Positions 37,160 to 47,226 of a stretch of DNA of 64,000 nucleotides are shown one piece after another. The DNA is from a virus, in IMG/VR virus record IMGVR_UViG_3300020182_000007. One strand, given 5' to 3'. Position numbers and translations under genes: made by a program. Position 1 is the first letter of the stretch. Every line of letters begins with the position of its first letter. Below the pieces are notes generated by a model that saw nothing but the letters and a program-made list of their open reading frames with translations, searched no databases and was not told the origin of the DNA.

Positions 37160-39106
37160 TTATCTTAAAATATCTACTTCAAATTGATACGTTACTGGAT
37201 CAATACAAATAATCTCAATGTATGGTTTATTAGTAATTAAACTAGCAGGTGAAATATCTGCAATCAATTGATTAAAACTACTATTCGCTTTAGTATAAAT
37301 TTTGATGTTATTTCCATCCATATTTATAGTTTCAAATGTTATTTTAACTATTTGACCAGCTCTCCACGAGTTAGTTTGATCATCTATGTATATATTAAGA
37401 TTATCGTTCGCAGTACTGGTTAAAAACTTATTAATAAAACTAATTCTATTAGTAAAAGGTCTAAGCTTACACCATATTCCATATTGGCTTAAACCACTTC
37501 CTCCCGCTTGAATATCAAATGGGTTTGCTGTTGTTATTGCTGTTGAAACTGACAAAGCTGATAAATCCCATGCGTATATCTTAAGATTCTCATAACCCTT
37601 AACAACATTGTTTATCTTAATCTTATCAGTTACTGATTTATCAATCTCAGTACCTAGTCCATCATATACAACATTTGTGTTGTATTGTAACGATACTGGT
37701 ATAGTTCCATCTATTAGCGAATTAAGTTTGTCATGTGCTTTAGTTATTAATTTAAGCAAAGAATCTGAATCTTGTAGCTGCGTTGATGTATTTTGAAAAT
37801 CTAGTTCTAATTGGTCTAATCTAGCATCTAAATCTTCAGTAGTCTCAGAAGCTAGAACTATTTTTTCGATGTCATCTAATCTATTAATAATATTTAAGTT
37901 TCTGTCGTTTGATTTAATTAAAAGATCTGCTGCATTTTCTAAAAGAGTGGTCGTATCCATGAATAGATCCATAGAAAATGTAGTAAAATCATTTATGTTA
38001 GTTTCTACACCTACATTATCTAAAGAAGTATTAAACTTTAGATTTAGTTTTAATGAAAAAGCATTACCGTTAAGTCCTGTTATTTCGTTAGGCTTGTACT
38101 TTATTTGTTCATTAATTTTATAACCTACGCCTCCTAGGCTCTTAACGTCATCTAGTATTAAGATTCCATACAAATTAGTAGATCTATTTGCAGGAACTGA
38201 AGTACTATATAAATCATAGTATACTAGAATTGCATTAAATCTAAAATCAGAACCTTTTTTAGCATAATCTCCTAGACTAGAAACCGTACTATCATTAGTT
38301 ACACCATAGTATGATTGTGGATTCCAGTCAATCTCAACACCATTTGATACGTTAGTGTCAATATCATAAAATGGTCCATTCACAACATCATAAGAATCTG
38401 TAATTGGTGATAAATCTAAATTAGAATCGGGGTGTGTTTGATTATCTCTACCCTCAATCCAAGTAGGATCTGCAAACAACCGAGTAGCCGTTGTATTGTA
38501 TTTCGATGGCTCAAATAATACTTCTGGCGTTGTTCCTACCGAAGAAGGTACATTAATGTATACTTCATGGTACGCGTTACCTTTATATGCTATATCGTTT
38601 TCGGCATCAATAGTTCCTAAATATTTAACGACTCTATTGTAAACAGTACCTATTTGTTCAGAATTAGGATCTTCGGTGTAATTACCAACATTACTAACAT
38701 TTGAATCAGCTCCATTAAATCTAATTGCTCCAGTATTTGAAAGCCATTTAAAAAATAATTTTTCAGAGTCCGAACCTAAGAGAATAGGATCGAAATCGTC
38801 ATCTTGTAATAGTATCTCTTCTGAATTTAATACTGAATTTTGAAAAGTAAGCGCAAAATCAACACCAGCTCCATTTGCTGAAGGGGTATAACTAACGCCA
38901 GATGTTTCTAATAACGAAGTATAGTCTATTGTATTAGATCCATTAACAGGTGTTGTAAAATCTGGTAAATCTAATAATGCGTATCTACTGAACTCAAATT
39001 TGAGATCTGCATTGTTAAAAGCACGTGTAATATCTCTTGCAGAAGATGCAAAAGCATACATAGTACCTCCTTGAGGCTGTGGTATTCTAACTAACGGTGT
39101 TGCCAT
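37160..39106 (-). CDS. virion structural protein (648 aa)
   Basis: Structural cluster; central coiled-coil (LDARLDQLELDFQ). Confidence 0.6.
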   Translation of the reverse strand: MATPLVRIPQPQGGTMYAFASSARDITRAFNNADLKFEFSRYALLDLPDFTTPVNGSNTIDYTSLLETSGVSYTPSANGAGVDFALTFQNSVLNSEEILLQDDDFDPILLGSDSEKLFFKWLSNTGAIRFNGADSNVSNVGNYTEDPNSEQIGTVYNRVVKYLGTIDAENDIAYKGNAYHEVYINVPSSVGTTPEVLFEPSKYNTTATRLFADPTWIEGRDNQTHPDSNLDLSPITDSYDVVNGPFYDIDTNVSNGVEIDWNPQSYYGVTNDSTVSSLGDYAKKGSDFRFNAILVYYDLYSTSVPANRSTNLYGILILDDVKSLGGVGYKINEQIKYKPNEITGLNGNAFSLKLNLKFNTSLDNVGVETNINDFTTFSMDLFMDTTTLLENAADLLIKSNDRNLNIINRLDDIEKIVLASETTEDLDARLDQLELDFQNTSTQLQDSDSLLKLITKAHDKLNSLIDGTIPVSLQYNTNVVYDGLGTEIDKSVTDKIKINNVVKGYENLKIYAWDLSALSVSTAITTANPFDIQAGGSGLSQYGIWCKLRPFTNRISFINKFLTSTANDNLNIYIDDQTNSWRAGQIVKITFETINMDGNNIKIYTKANSSFNQLIADISPASLITNKPYIEIICIDPVTYQFEVDILR

Positions 39107-39144
39107 TTATTGTGTTCTTTTTTAAAATTTTAGATAATAGTTAC

Positions 39145-39771
39145 TTATAAACCTATTATTCCCGGTGATCCTCCTGGTGATGCTCCTCCAGTAGTAACCG
39201 TTGTTGCGTGTGATCCAATTATATACCAAGTTGAACTACTACTAATATACCTTAGAGTAATAGATGAATTTTGTGAATCTAAACTAATAGTACTCGCAGC
39301 AATGTTAGTAGTACTTAATGTAACCGCAGAATTTAGAGTGTTAATCACCGTAATCTCTTGTCCATCTACTCCTCCTGGTAAATTAAGAGGTGCTGTCGAT
39401 GCTGTAAATAATGTAGTTACGTCGATAGTCGAAGGTGAGGATGCTACTGATCCTGCAGCTGGGCTTCCTAGCTTTCCAGTTTTTGAAACCTTTTTCTGAA
39501 AAATAACATCTTCTCCGAAATCAGAAGCAACGCTAAAGGTTGCTCCATTAGAATTAAAAGATACTATATTTAATGTACTCCCTCCAGATATTGTTGAGAG
39601 GTTAATTGACTCTGCAGATATAGTATCAATATTTGAGATAGTAGAAGTTACTGGATCTATTAGATTAGTAATATCAGCTATCTCATCATTTACTGCTGTA
39701 AAGTTAGAGTTTAATGTTAGTCTAGAAGAAGAAATTGAATCTGTTCCTAGAATTTCTGTAATGTTTGCCAT
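39145..39771 (-). CDS. structural protein (208 aa, Ser/Thr-rich, fibre-like)
   Basis: ITEILGTDSISSSRLTLNSNF N-terminus; beta-rich C-domain. Confidence 0.55.
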   Translation of the reverse strand: MANITEILGTDSISSSRLTLNSNFTAVNDEIADITNLIDPVTSTISNIDTISAESINLSTISGGSTLNIVSFNSNGATFSVASDFGEDVIFQKKVSKTGKLGSPAAGSVASSPSTIDVTTLFTASTAPLNLPGGVDGQEITVINTLNSAVTLSTTNIAASTISLDSQNSSITLRYISSSSTWYIIGSHATTVTTGGASPGGSPGIIGL

Positions 39772-39778
39772 CTTGTTT

Positions 39779-42517
39779 TTATTTTACTTTTAATATGTTT
39801 CTTTGTGATGTGTTTATATTTCCATTAGTATCCTCGGTTTCTAGTGTGATTGTATAGTCTCCTGGATACTTAAAAAGATATGTTAACACAATATCATCAT
39901 AATATATATCACTGTTATCTGAGTATGTATTATTTGTAATCTTCCATCTTACCAATTTCATTCCTGGCATTTTAGAGTTATCGGTGCAAAACGTAACATG
40001 AGTTGACCTATTAACCTCTCTCCAATCGCTAAAAATATCTATTTCATCAAATGTCGGATTGTATGTTACTTGATTGAACTCTCCTCCTACCTCTCCATCT
40101 GTAATAGTTATGCTTTCAAAGTCATATGTTTTTGAGTATTGTTTTCCAACAGCTAAAATATAAGAAACCACATCAGCTTGGTCGCCTGGTAGGTTGTTTC
40201 CATCAATATCTCGCTCTACTATATTATAGTTAAATTTACTAATAATAGGATCTGTTGAATTATTAAGCTCATCTGTTATTAACCTCCATCCTGCAAGATC
40301 ATTAATTGAAGTAGGTGTATTACTACTAATAGTAATATTTCCAGTTTGTATTATATTTAGAGTAGGGTTTAAATGATTAATTGTCAGTACTGATCCGTTT
40401 TCAATGTCTTTAATTAAAAAAGAAGCAGTTAAGTCATTTCCAATTCTAGTAGCTTCCCACCAAATATCGTTTGTCCAATTCCAAGCAAAGTCGCAGTTGT
40501 CCCAATAGTATGGCCCTGGAGTTTCAGAATATCCTATATCTGAATAAATATCATCATATCTAGAAACGGTAGAAAAGTTTTCGTCACCCGGACTTACATT
40601 ATCATGTACATAGTTTGCCCTATCTAAAGCAAGATACCAACTGGCGTCAGCCTCTTGTATTATTTTTTCATTATGTGCAGGTAGATCCCAGTATCCTCCA
40701 ATTTGATTCCACTTTAACGAATCCCTGTCTTCCCATTTATTTAAACCAAGTGTTTTGTAGAATCCGTATATCTCAACTTCCTTTAGATTTACGCTAATCA
40801 TATCCTTTTTAAAGTCATATGATCTATGTCCAAAAAGATCATAAGTTCTCATCTCTACTGAATACTCTCCATTGTATGGAAGAAAAATTGGGAACTTTAA
40901 GTAATCGTCAATATTACCTCTAAATGAATGGTTCCAATCATTAGGTCCAGATATTATCCATTCAATCTCATATACCCATCTTTTCCACCAGTTATTCCAA
41001 GTTACTTGAGGATCAATTGAATCATTCCATGTAAATTTTCCAGAATCCCATATTGTATCAAACGTCTTTTCTCCGTCAAGAATAACCGGACATCCAACTT
41101 GAATATCTTCATTTAAAGTTTCGAGAGAATCATCATAATACGTTGAATAAAAAGAATTAATAGCGGTTCTTAAGTCTGCTAATTGAGAAGAACTAAGAGT
41201 TTCATAGTCCTCAAATTTTGTATTTAATATCGCGTTAAAGTCATTATTACCGGTTCCAACTATATCGTTTGGGTCATAAACTTTTCTTAATACTAATGAT
41301 ACGTCTTCAATATATAGGTTTCTATTATTTGGAAAACTCGTATAGTTAATATCAATGCCTTCAGTAAAAAAAGCAATTGCATTCTGATTATTCCAAACGT
41401 TTAAATTCTTTTGAGCAAAGTAATCTCCTTCTCCAGTAATATCAACTATTTTTGCGTTTAGTGGTAGGTACTCTCGTTGAAGTTTATTTTTAAGACCATA
41501 TAGCTTAATTAATACTTCTTCAGGAGTAAAATCAAAAACCTCATCTACTGTTGGGATATCCCACTCGTCTACACCACCGTTAGCAGTGTTAATCTTATAT
41601 ACTAGACTAAACCTACTAGTCTTTTTAAGGTTACTATTTGGAACCTTAATAGTCATAGCCTTTCTAACTGCGTCACCGTGTTTGCTAGAATTAGGAACTG
41701 GAACTGCATGTAGCTTTCCAAACGAGTTGCTACCGGTATTAATGTTTAACCAATATTCCTTTAGTGTCAAATTATTATAACCAAAGAAATCGATAGCATT
41801 TAAGATTGCCTTATATGTCCCAATAAATGGTCTAATATTAGAAAGTTCTAATAAGAGTTCTCTTCTTTTTTGATTTAATAAAATATAGTCAGGAGACATT
41901 TCTGTTATGTCATGTTCTTTAAATAGAATAAAGTCTCCTTCATCAAGAGTAGATCCTAAGTTTTGAAGAAGAACTCTTAATCTATCATCTTCACCCTCTA
42001 CTTCACCGTAGAATAGTATCCTAGCAACTAGTATTCTATCAACACTGTCGTTTGAATACACCAGAAGTGTTCGATGATGCCTTCCTTCAGTTTCTGAATT
42101 AAGAGCTACATTTACTTGAATAGCTTCACTATTTAAAGTAGTTACGATTTTTAAATTATCAGAATTAACACCGGTTGAAGTAGTACTATCTAGTACTTTA
42201 AATGAATCAGTAGATTTAACTTGAATCTTAGTAATACCACTCTCTATTTTAGCGCCGTACATTATTAAGTCGGCTGACTCATAAATATCATCTTTCCATT
42301 CAAACTCAAATTTAGTTTGTAATGCAGAATTAGATATTGGCTTACTAAGATATATTGAATCATTATATTCTACAGCCTCTAAAAAAAAGATAGTAGAAGA
42401 CTCATATAGTCCTGTAGAAACCTCATCTAAATAGACAGAAGCTTCTAGAACTCCATCTGTATCTAATGTAGCATTGAGATTATAATCGTTTCCTCTAAAT
42501 ATTTTTAAGTTTTCCAT
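39779..42517 (-). CDS. baseplate-associated structural protein (912 aa)
   Basis: Follows the wedge genes; GTYKAILNAIDFFGY resembles baseplate wedge 'KGT...I...' segments; C-terminal PKD/Ig-like YTITLETEDTNG. Confidence 0.55.
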   Translation of the reverse strand: MENLKIFRGNDYNLNATLDTDGVLEASVYLDEVSTGLYESSTIFFLEAVEYNDSIYLSKPISNSALQTKFEFEWKDDIYESADLIMYGAKIESGITKIQVKSTDSFKVLDSTTSTGVNSDNLKIVTTLNSEAIQVNVALNSETEGRHHRTLLVYSNDSVDRILVARILFYGEVEGEDDRLRVLLQNLGSTLDEGDFILFKEHDITEMSPDYILLNQKRRELLLELSNIRPFIGTYKAILNAIDFFGYNNLTLKEYWLNINTGSNSFGKLHAVPVPNSSKHGDAVRKAMTIKVPNSNLKKTSRFSLVYKINTANGGVDEWDIPTVDEVFDFTPEEVLIKLYGLKNKLQREYLPLNAKIVDITGEGDYFAQKNLNVWNNQNAIAFFTEGIDINYTSFPNNRNLYIEDVSLVLRKVYDPNDIVGTGNNDFNAILNTKFEDYETLSSSQLADLRTAINSFYSTYYDDSLETLNEDIQVGCPVILDGEKTFDTIWDSGKFTWNDSIDPQVTWNNWWKRWVYEIEWIISGPNDWNHSFRGNIDDYLKFPIFLPYNGEYSVEMRTYDLFGHRSYDFKKDMISVNLKEVEIYGFYKTLGLNKWEDRDSLKWNQIGGYWDLPAHNEKIIQEADASWYLALDRANYVHDNVSPGDENFSTVSRYDDIYSDIGYSETPGPYYWDNCDFAWNWTNDIWWEATRIGNDLTASFLIKDIENGSVLTINHLNPTLNIIQTGNITISSNTPTSINDLAGWRLITDELNNSTDPIISKFNYNIVERDIDGNNLPGDQADVVSYILAVGKQYSKTYDFESITITDGEVGGEFNQVTYNPTFDEIDIFSDWREVNRSTHVTFCTDNSKMPGMKLVRWKITNNTYSDNSDIYYDDIVLTYLFKYPGDYTITLETEDTNGNINTSQRNILKVK

Positions 42518-42789
42518 TATGTAATATTTCTATCGTCTTTTTTAACAGTGTAGTTTTTAAACTGTTGTAGACTTTTAATTCCTCCAATTAAATTAAACAG
42601 ATAATCGTTTAAAAAGCCAACAAAATCAAGCATTGTTTGATTTCTTAAAATATGACCAGATAGATTTCTTTGCATTAATTTATCTGAGTAATCAAATCCT
42701 AGATGTAGCCTATTATCCTTTCTAGTTTTAGTAGATGAATATAGTTTTACTAATTTATATCTTAAAAGATCTTTAAATAATGATTCCAT
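42517..42789 (-). CDS. small hypothetical protein in baseplate cluster (90 aa)
   Basis: Tiles between baseplate genes. Confidence 0.6.
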   Translation of the reverse strand: MESLFKDLLRYKLVKLYSSTKTRKDNRLHLGFDYSDKLMQRNLSGHILRNQTMLDFVGFLNDYLFNLIGGIKSLQQFKNYTVKKDDRNIT

Positions 42790-42791
42790 TG

Positions 42792-44627
42792 TTATGATTT
42801 TCTATTTCCTGCCTGAACTCTAGTGTAAATTGTTCTAGGTACTGGCGTTTCATCAAAGGTTACTGAAAGACTAGCTTCTTCATTTATAGCAGGAGTATCT
42901 TTAATGACATCACCATCCCTATCTATCCAGCCTCCTCTAAACACAGCAACCTCTTCTTTTTCCATGATAATATCTCCCCATTTATCTAGACCAGCAATAT
43001 CGTATGGTATTGAACCTCCTGGAGCAACCACAACTTTTTTAACATCCTGTATTTTCTTAAAGAAAACGTATTTTTGTTTTCCATTTCCAATATCTTCTAG
43101 AGTTACGGGTTCTTGTGGGGCAATTGTAGTAGTTACTGATTCGTAATACCCTTTTCTCCTAGCAGTCTCTTCAGTCTCGCTTCTAAATTGAACATTAACT
43201 GAATCAACCCCTTCAACTCCTTCTAAAATATAGATAATATCACTTTTGGGTAATTTATCTCTACGAGTAATATTTAATAGATAGTCGGAAACAGCAGTTC
43301 TAATATCATTAAAGATATTATCTTTAGTAAAACCTTCGAAATACCTAATTGATATATCCATAGCATATTTACGGACTTTAGGAACTATAAATTTAACTTC
43401 AGTAGTAACCATCATTTGACCACTCTGTTGTAGAACTTCGGTCATTTTATCATATTCAGTTTGATCGAAGAACATCTCTTGTTGTGGCATGTCAAAATAA
43501 TCTTGATTCTTTGCTAATTTCTTTCTAGCATCAGGAACAGCGAATATGTAAATAACATTATCATCATCAATGTATCCGTCATCAGTAGTGTTATACGCAT
43601 CTATATATGAAAATAATCCATATCTTGATAAGAAATACTCATAATTATCAGGAGTAGCCAAAACAAATGACTTACTAGCAAGTGGAGCTATTAATTTAGT
43701 AAATTCAGTAGACTCTGGATCAGCTCCCATTTTTGGAGCTGAAGTAACGTTAACCGTTAACAGTTCGTTTAAATCGAAGAAATTTCCAGATCCATCTTGC
43801 CCTTCGTCAATCCATTTAATTGTAAGATCACTTGAATCTTCAATGTTTCCTAACGCTCCATCGTGTATTATATACTCAATATCGATAGTAGAACCTAAAG
43901 CAGGAGGATATCCAAAGTTATTAGTACCAAAATAAATATCTAAACCTCCTGAAATACCAGTTTTAACAATAAACCCCTTGTCTCCACCATTCATCTCATA
44001 TATTGAGTTAAATTTAGTCCACTGTTCACCATTAACAGAAACTTTAATTAAATTATGATCTGTTTTACCAGGAGCTTGTATGTTAAATGATTGAAAAGAA
44101 GTTCCTCCTCCGGTAACTGTTTGAGTTTCATTTTTTCCTTGAACAACAATTGCTTTAAAACTATTTTTTTGATTCTTGCTAATTCTAAAAGCATCTCTCG
44201 AAGTTCTTAACATGTATGAAAGTCCGTTTACGTCAAATTTAATTTCAGCGTTAGCTGGAATTGTGATACCGTCACCTGCTATTTTTTGCATCTTTGCAGC
44301 TGCTCCAGAAGTTTGATCTATTGAGATACTTATTTCTCCAGTTGCAGCAAATCCACGAGTTACGTCATGTCCCGCAATTCTAGCAAGGCCATAAATAGAT
44401 TCCGGCTGCTGTGCTGTATAAATATTTTGCTCTACTGTTGAATCTTCAATATAGAACATTAATAGTTCAGTCATTTCAGAAAGAACTTTTAAAATCTGAG
44501 CAAACGGTGAAGCACTAGTAAATAGAGCACTTGATCTCTGATATGTTCGCGAAATATAAGTTCTAGTATCGCTAAAAATTTGAGTAGCGACCGTTCTAGT
44601 TTTATTTAAAAATTTTAATTCAGCCAT
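42792..44627 (-). CDS. baseplate wedge subunit (gp6/baseplate J-like)
   Basis: SIYGLARIAGHDVTRGFAATG, IYFGTNNFGYPP, GADPES, VLATPDNYEYFL; adjacent to the gp25-like gene. Confidence 0.8.
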   Translation of the reverse strand: MAELKFLNKTRTVATQIFSDTRTYISRTYQRSSALFTSASPFAQILKVLSEMTELLMFYIEDSTVEQNIYTAQQPESIYGLARIAGHDVTRGFAATGEISISIDQTSGAAAKMQKIAGDGITIPANAEIKFDVNGLSYMLRTSRDAFRISKNQKNSFKAIVVQGKNETQTVTGGGTSFQSFNIQAPGKTDHNLIKVSVNGEQWTKFNSIYEMNGGDKGFIVKTGISGGLDIYFGTNNFGYPPALGSTIDIEYIIHDGALGNIEDSSDLTIKWIDEGQDGSGNFFDLNELLTVNVTSAPKMGADPESTEFTKLIAPLASKSFVLATPDNYEYFLSRYGLFSYIDAYNTTDDGYIDDDNVIYIFAVPDARKKLAKNQDYFDMPQQEMFFDQTEYDKMTEVLQQSGQMMVTTEVKFIVPKVRKYAMDISIRYFEGFTKDNIFNDIRTAVSDYLLNITRRDKLPKSDIIYILEGVEGVDSVNVQFRSETEETARRKGYYESVTTTIAPQEPVTLEDIGNGKQKYVFFKKIQDVKKVVVAPGGSIPYDIAGLDKWGDIIMEKEEVAVFRGGWIDRDGDVIKDTPAINEEASLSVTFDETPVPRTIYTRVQAGNRKS

Positions 44628-44642
44628 TTATATTTTTTTATT

Positions 44643-44999
44643 TTATACTGTTGAAACAGTCACTGTGTATTTGTTGTTTATTGTTATATCTATAAAAGCC
44701 TCGTCTCTAACTTCTCCTCTAACAAATGTTATATTTGCCTCTACTCTATATTTTGCAGCTAACGGACAGTGTGCTGTTAATTGACGATCAATCTCGTTTT
44801 TAATAGTAAACTCGTTTGCGTTTAGAGAGTATAGCATGTCATTTAAACTACATCCAAAGTCAGAATTACCTAATACTTCACCTTTGTTTGTGAAAAGTAT
44901 TGTTTCTATCTGAGTAATCAATTGCTTAACCTCATCTCTAGTGTGAACCTCAACTGAATCAAAATTAGGATCGCCTGTAGTTTTAATGTATAATTCCAT
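44643..44999 (-). CDS. baseplate wedge subunit (gp25-like)
   Basis: IETILFTNKGEVLGNSDFGCSLNDMLY is the gp25-family pattern; 118 aa. Confidence 0.85.
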   Translation of the reverse strand: MELYIKTTGDPNFDSVEVHTRDEVKQLITQIETILFTNKGEVLGNSDFGCSLNDMLYSLNANEFTIKNEIDRQLTAHCPLAAKYRVEANITFVRGEVRDEAFIDITINNKYTVTVSTV

Positions 45000-45015
45000 A
45001 TTCTATTTATTATAA

Positions 45016-45867
45016 TTAACTATGGAACATCCAGTCTACGCCTTCATCACCTTTGATTTCTTCTTTAATCTCAGCAAGTTCTTCATCACCCATTGATTTT
45101 ATAGCGTCATAATCAAACTCAACATTACCAGGAAGAGAAAACTTAAAGATCCCTAGTTTAGCACCAAGAGATTGTTTAATTCTTGCACTAACATACCTAA
45201 AAAATATCTCGTCATTATAAATTGCACAATCCGGTATTGTTTCATATACTTGAAGAATAACATCTCCTTTAGGAGTGTCTCCCATGAACTTTAATTCTCC
45301 AGTTAATTGAGTATACGCAAAAGATATTGGGTTCTCTAGAATCTGTCTAGATAAGTCCATTAACGATTGATTAACTACATAGTATTGTAGTTCTTCAGCA
45401 AATTGAGCAGCTCCAGATCCTTGGTATGCATTTCTAAATAACATTCTATCAATTGAGAAATCTCCTTCGGCTGTAAATCTAACATCCATTCCTCCACCTT
45501 GTCCTTGCCATCCACTAGAAAGATCCCATAAACCATAAACCGAAAATACCTCTCCAGAGCCGTCGGTACCGGCTCCTGGTAAATGAAGTGATCTATTAAC
45601 TGAAAAATAATCTGATGAAAAAGTCTTGTACGGAATATGGTAATAATTTTCACGCATCGAATATTCATAGTTCTTATAGAACCATTTTTTAGATCTTTTA
45701 ATTATATTGATAATTTCACGAGTTGGTAGGTTTATAGGAACCATACATGCTCCAGTAATATCATCACCGATCTCATCTAAAAAAGAGTTTAGGCAATCAT
45801 TGCCAAAATCCCTAGGTGTCGTTATACCTGAAGTACTACCTATATTTCCACTTCTAATTTCACTCAT
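45016..45867 (-). CDS. neck protein (gp13-like)
   Basis: VNLP..EI..II....KWFY, FRYVSARIKQSLGAKLGIFKFSLPGNVEFDYDAI...G.EE, matching the gp13 C-terminal pattern. Confidence 0.65.
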   Translation of the reverse strand: MSEIRSGNIGSTSGITTPRDFGNDCLNSFLDEIGDDITGACMVPINLPTREIINIIKRSKKWFYKNYEYSMRENYYHIPYKTFSSDYFSVNRSLHLPGAGTDGSGEVFSVYGLWDLSSGWQGQGGGMDVRFTAEGDFSIDRMLFRNAYQGSGAAQFAEELQYYVVNQSLMDLSRQILENPISFAYTQLTGELKFMGDTPKGDVILQVYETIPDCAIYNDEIFFRYVSARIKQSLGAKLGIFKFSLPGNVEFDYDAIKSMGDEELAEIKEEIKGDEGVDWMFHS

Positions 45868-45871
45868 TATA

Positions 45872-47173
45872 TTAATTTATTTTTTTACTGACAACAATTT
45901 CAGTGTCGTCAAATCTAGCATTTTTATCTATCATCCCTTCTCTAAAGATACCACCAGTAGCCTTACCTTTAAATATTCCATCCTTTCCATAAATGTAACA
46001 GTTTACTGCATTACAGCTGCCATGTACATAAGATGATTTAATTTTAGAGTTATTTACAGTAGTACCTTTAAATAGATTACAAAACTCAAGATACGATTTT
46101 TCTAAAGTACATCCATACAGATCAGATTCAAAAACGCTACCAACAATACTACAGTCTACTAAATCTACTTTTTTTAATTCATAGCAAACTGGAAATTCTC
46201 CATCTTTTATTTGGATCACTCCTAAATCAGAATCATAGTTGATAACTCCTTTTTTCAAACCACTAGTTGACATCAAAGAAACTACTTTATCTTTAATTCT
46301 ACCCCAGTGAAGTTCAATAACGGTATCCGATTCTTGTAAATCTACCATTATTTCTATTTTTGGAAAATACTCTTTTATTTTTTTATGATTTTTTAAGATT
46401 TCTCTAAATGGAAGATTAATTTGCATTATCTTTTTAAGCTCTATCTTATTTATATCTGTAAAACTAGATTCGATACATGACTTCCAAGTTTGTAATATAA
46501 ATCTATCAATGAGATATAAAATACCATCTTGTCTATCTTCGTAATCTTTTCCTCCAATATACTTAAATTCTAGATAATTTTCATTTTTTTTATTAAAGTT
46601 AACACCATAATACTCTGTATTTGGAAAGTTAAAATTTAATTCAGACATTGACGTTTCACCAAAGTGGAATGATTCCTGCTTTGGCATAACCCATTTAATA
46701 GACTTAGAATATATTGAATCCTTTCTACTAGGGAATAATTTATAAACTTGCTCCTCATTAAATTCAAGAATAAATTTAAGAGTACTCATCTTAGAGACAA
46801 TATTATTATCTTCTAGTCTGTCTTTTTGAAATGAAATGTTTAATTGTATTGAAGATCTTTCAGTAGTATAGCCATTTTCACGAATCCATCCTAATACTCG
46901 AATCATCATAATTCTAGCATTTCTGTATGAAATATCTCCAGTAATAAGCCTTATAAGACCTTTACCTCCTGATAGGTTTGACTCTATTTTAAAAGATTTA
47001 TCATCCGGTTGAAAATCTGAATTTGATTCTCCATAGATTTCACGGCCTAATAGTTTTTTAAGCTGTGCACGAGTTTCTTCCATCTCGTGATTTGAATAGA
47101 ATTCAAACTCAACGCCAATAAGTGAGGCGTTGAGTATTGAATCTTTATTAGAATGTTTATTTAAAATCTGCAT
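45872..47173 (-). CDS. amidoligase-like (COOH-NH2 ligase) protein, possibly catalytically altered
   Basis: LIGVEFEF, GYTTERSSIQLNISF, KSIYSKSIK, YYGVNF and YLEFKYIGG follow the phage amidoligase layout. Confidence 0.6.
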   Translation of the reverse strand: MQILNKHSNKDSILNASLIGVEFEFYSNHEMEETRAQLKKLLGREIYGESNSDFQPDDKSFKIESNLSGGKGLIRLITGDISYRNARIMMIRVLGWIRENGYTTERSSIQLNISFQKDRLEDNNIVSKMSTLKFILEFNEEQVYKLFPSRKDSIYSKSIKWVMPKQESFHFGETSMSELNFNFPNTEYYGVNFNKKNENYLEFKYIGGKDYEDRQDGILYLIDRFILQTWKSCIESSFTDINKIELKKIMQINLPFREILKNHKKIKEYFPKIEIMVDLQESDTVIELHWGRIKDKVVSLMSTSGLKKGVINYDSDLGVIQIKDGEFPVCYELKKVDLVDCSIVGSVFESDLYGCTLEKSYLEFCNLFKGTTVNNSKIKSSYVHGSCNAVNCYIYGKDGIFKGKATGGIFREGMIDKNARFDDTEIVVSKKIN

Positions 47174-47226
47174 CGACTATGATATTATACTCTTATTTAG
47201 TATATATCATATTTAATCGAACTCTA

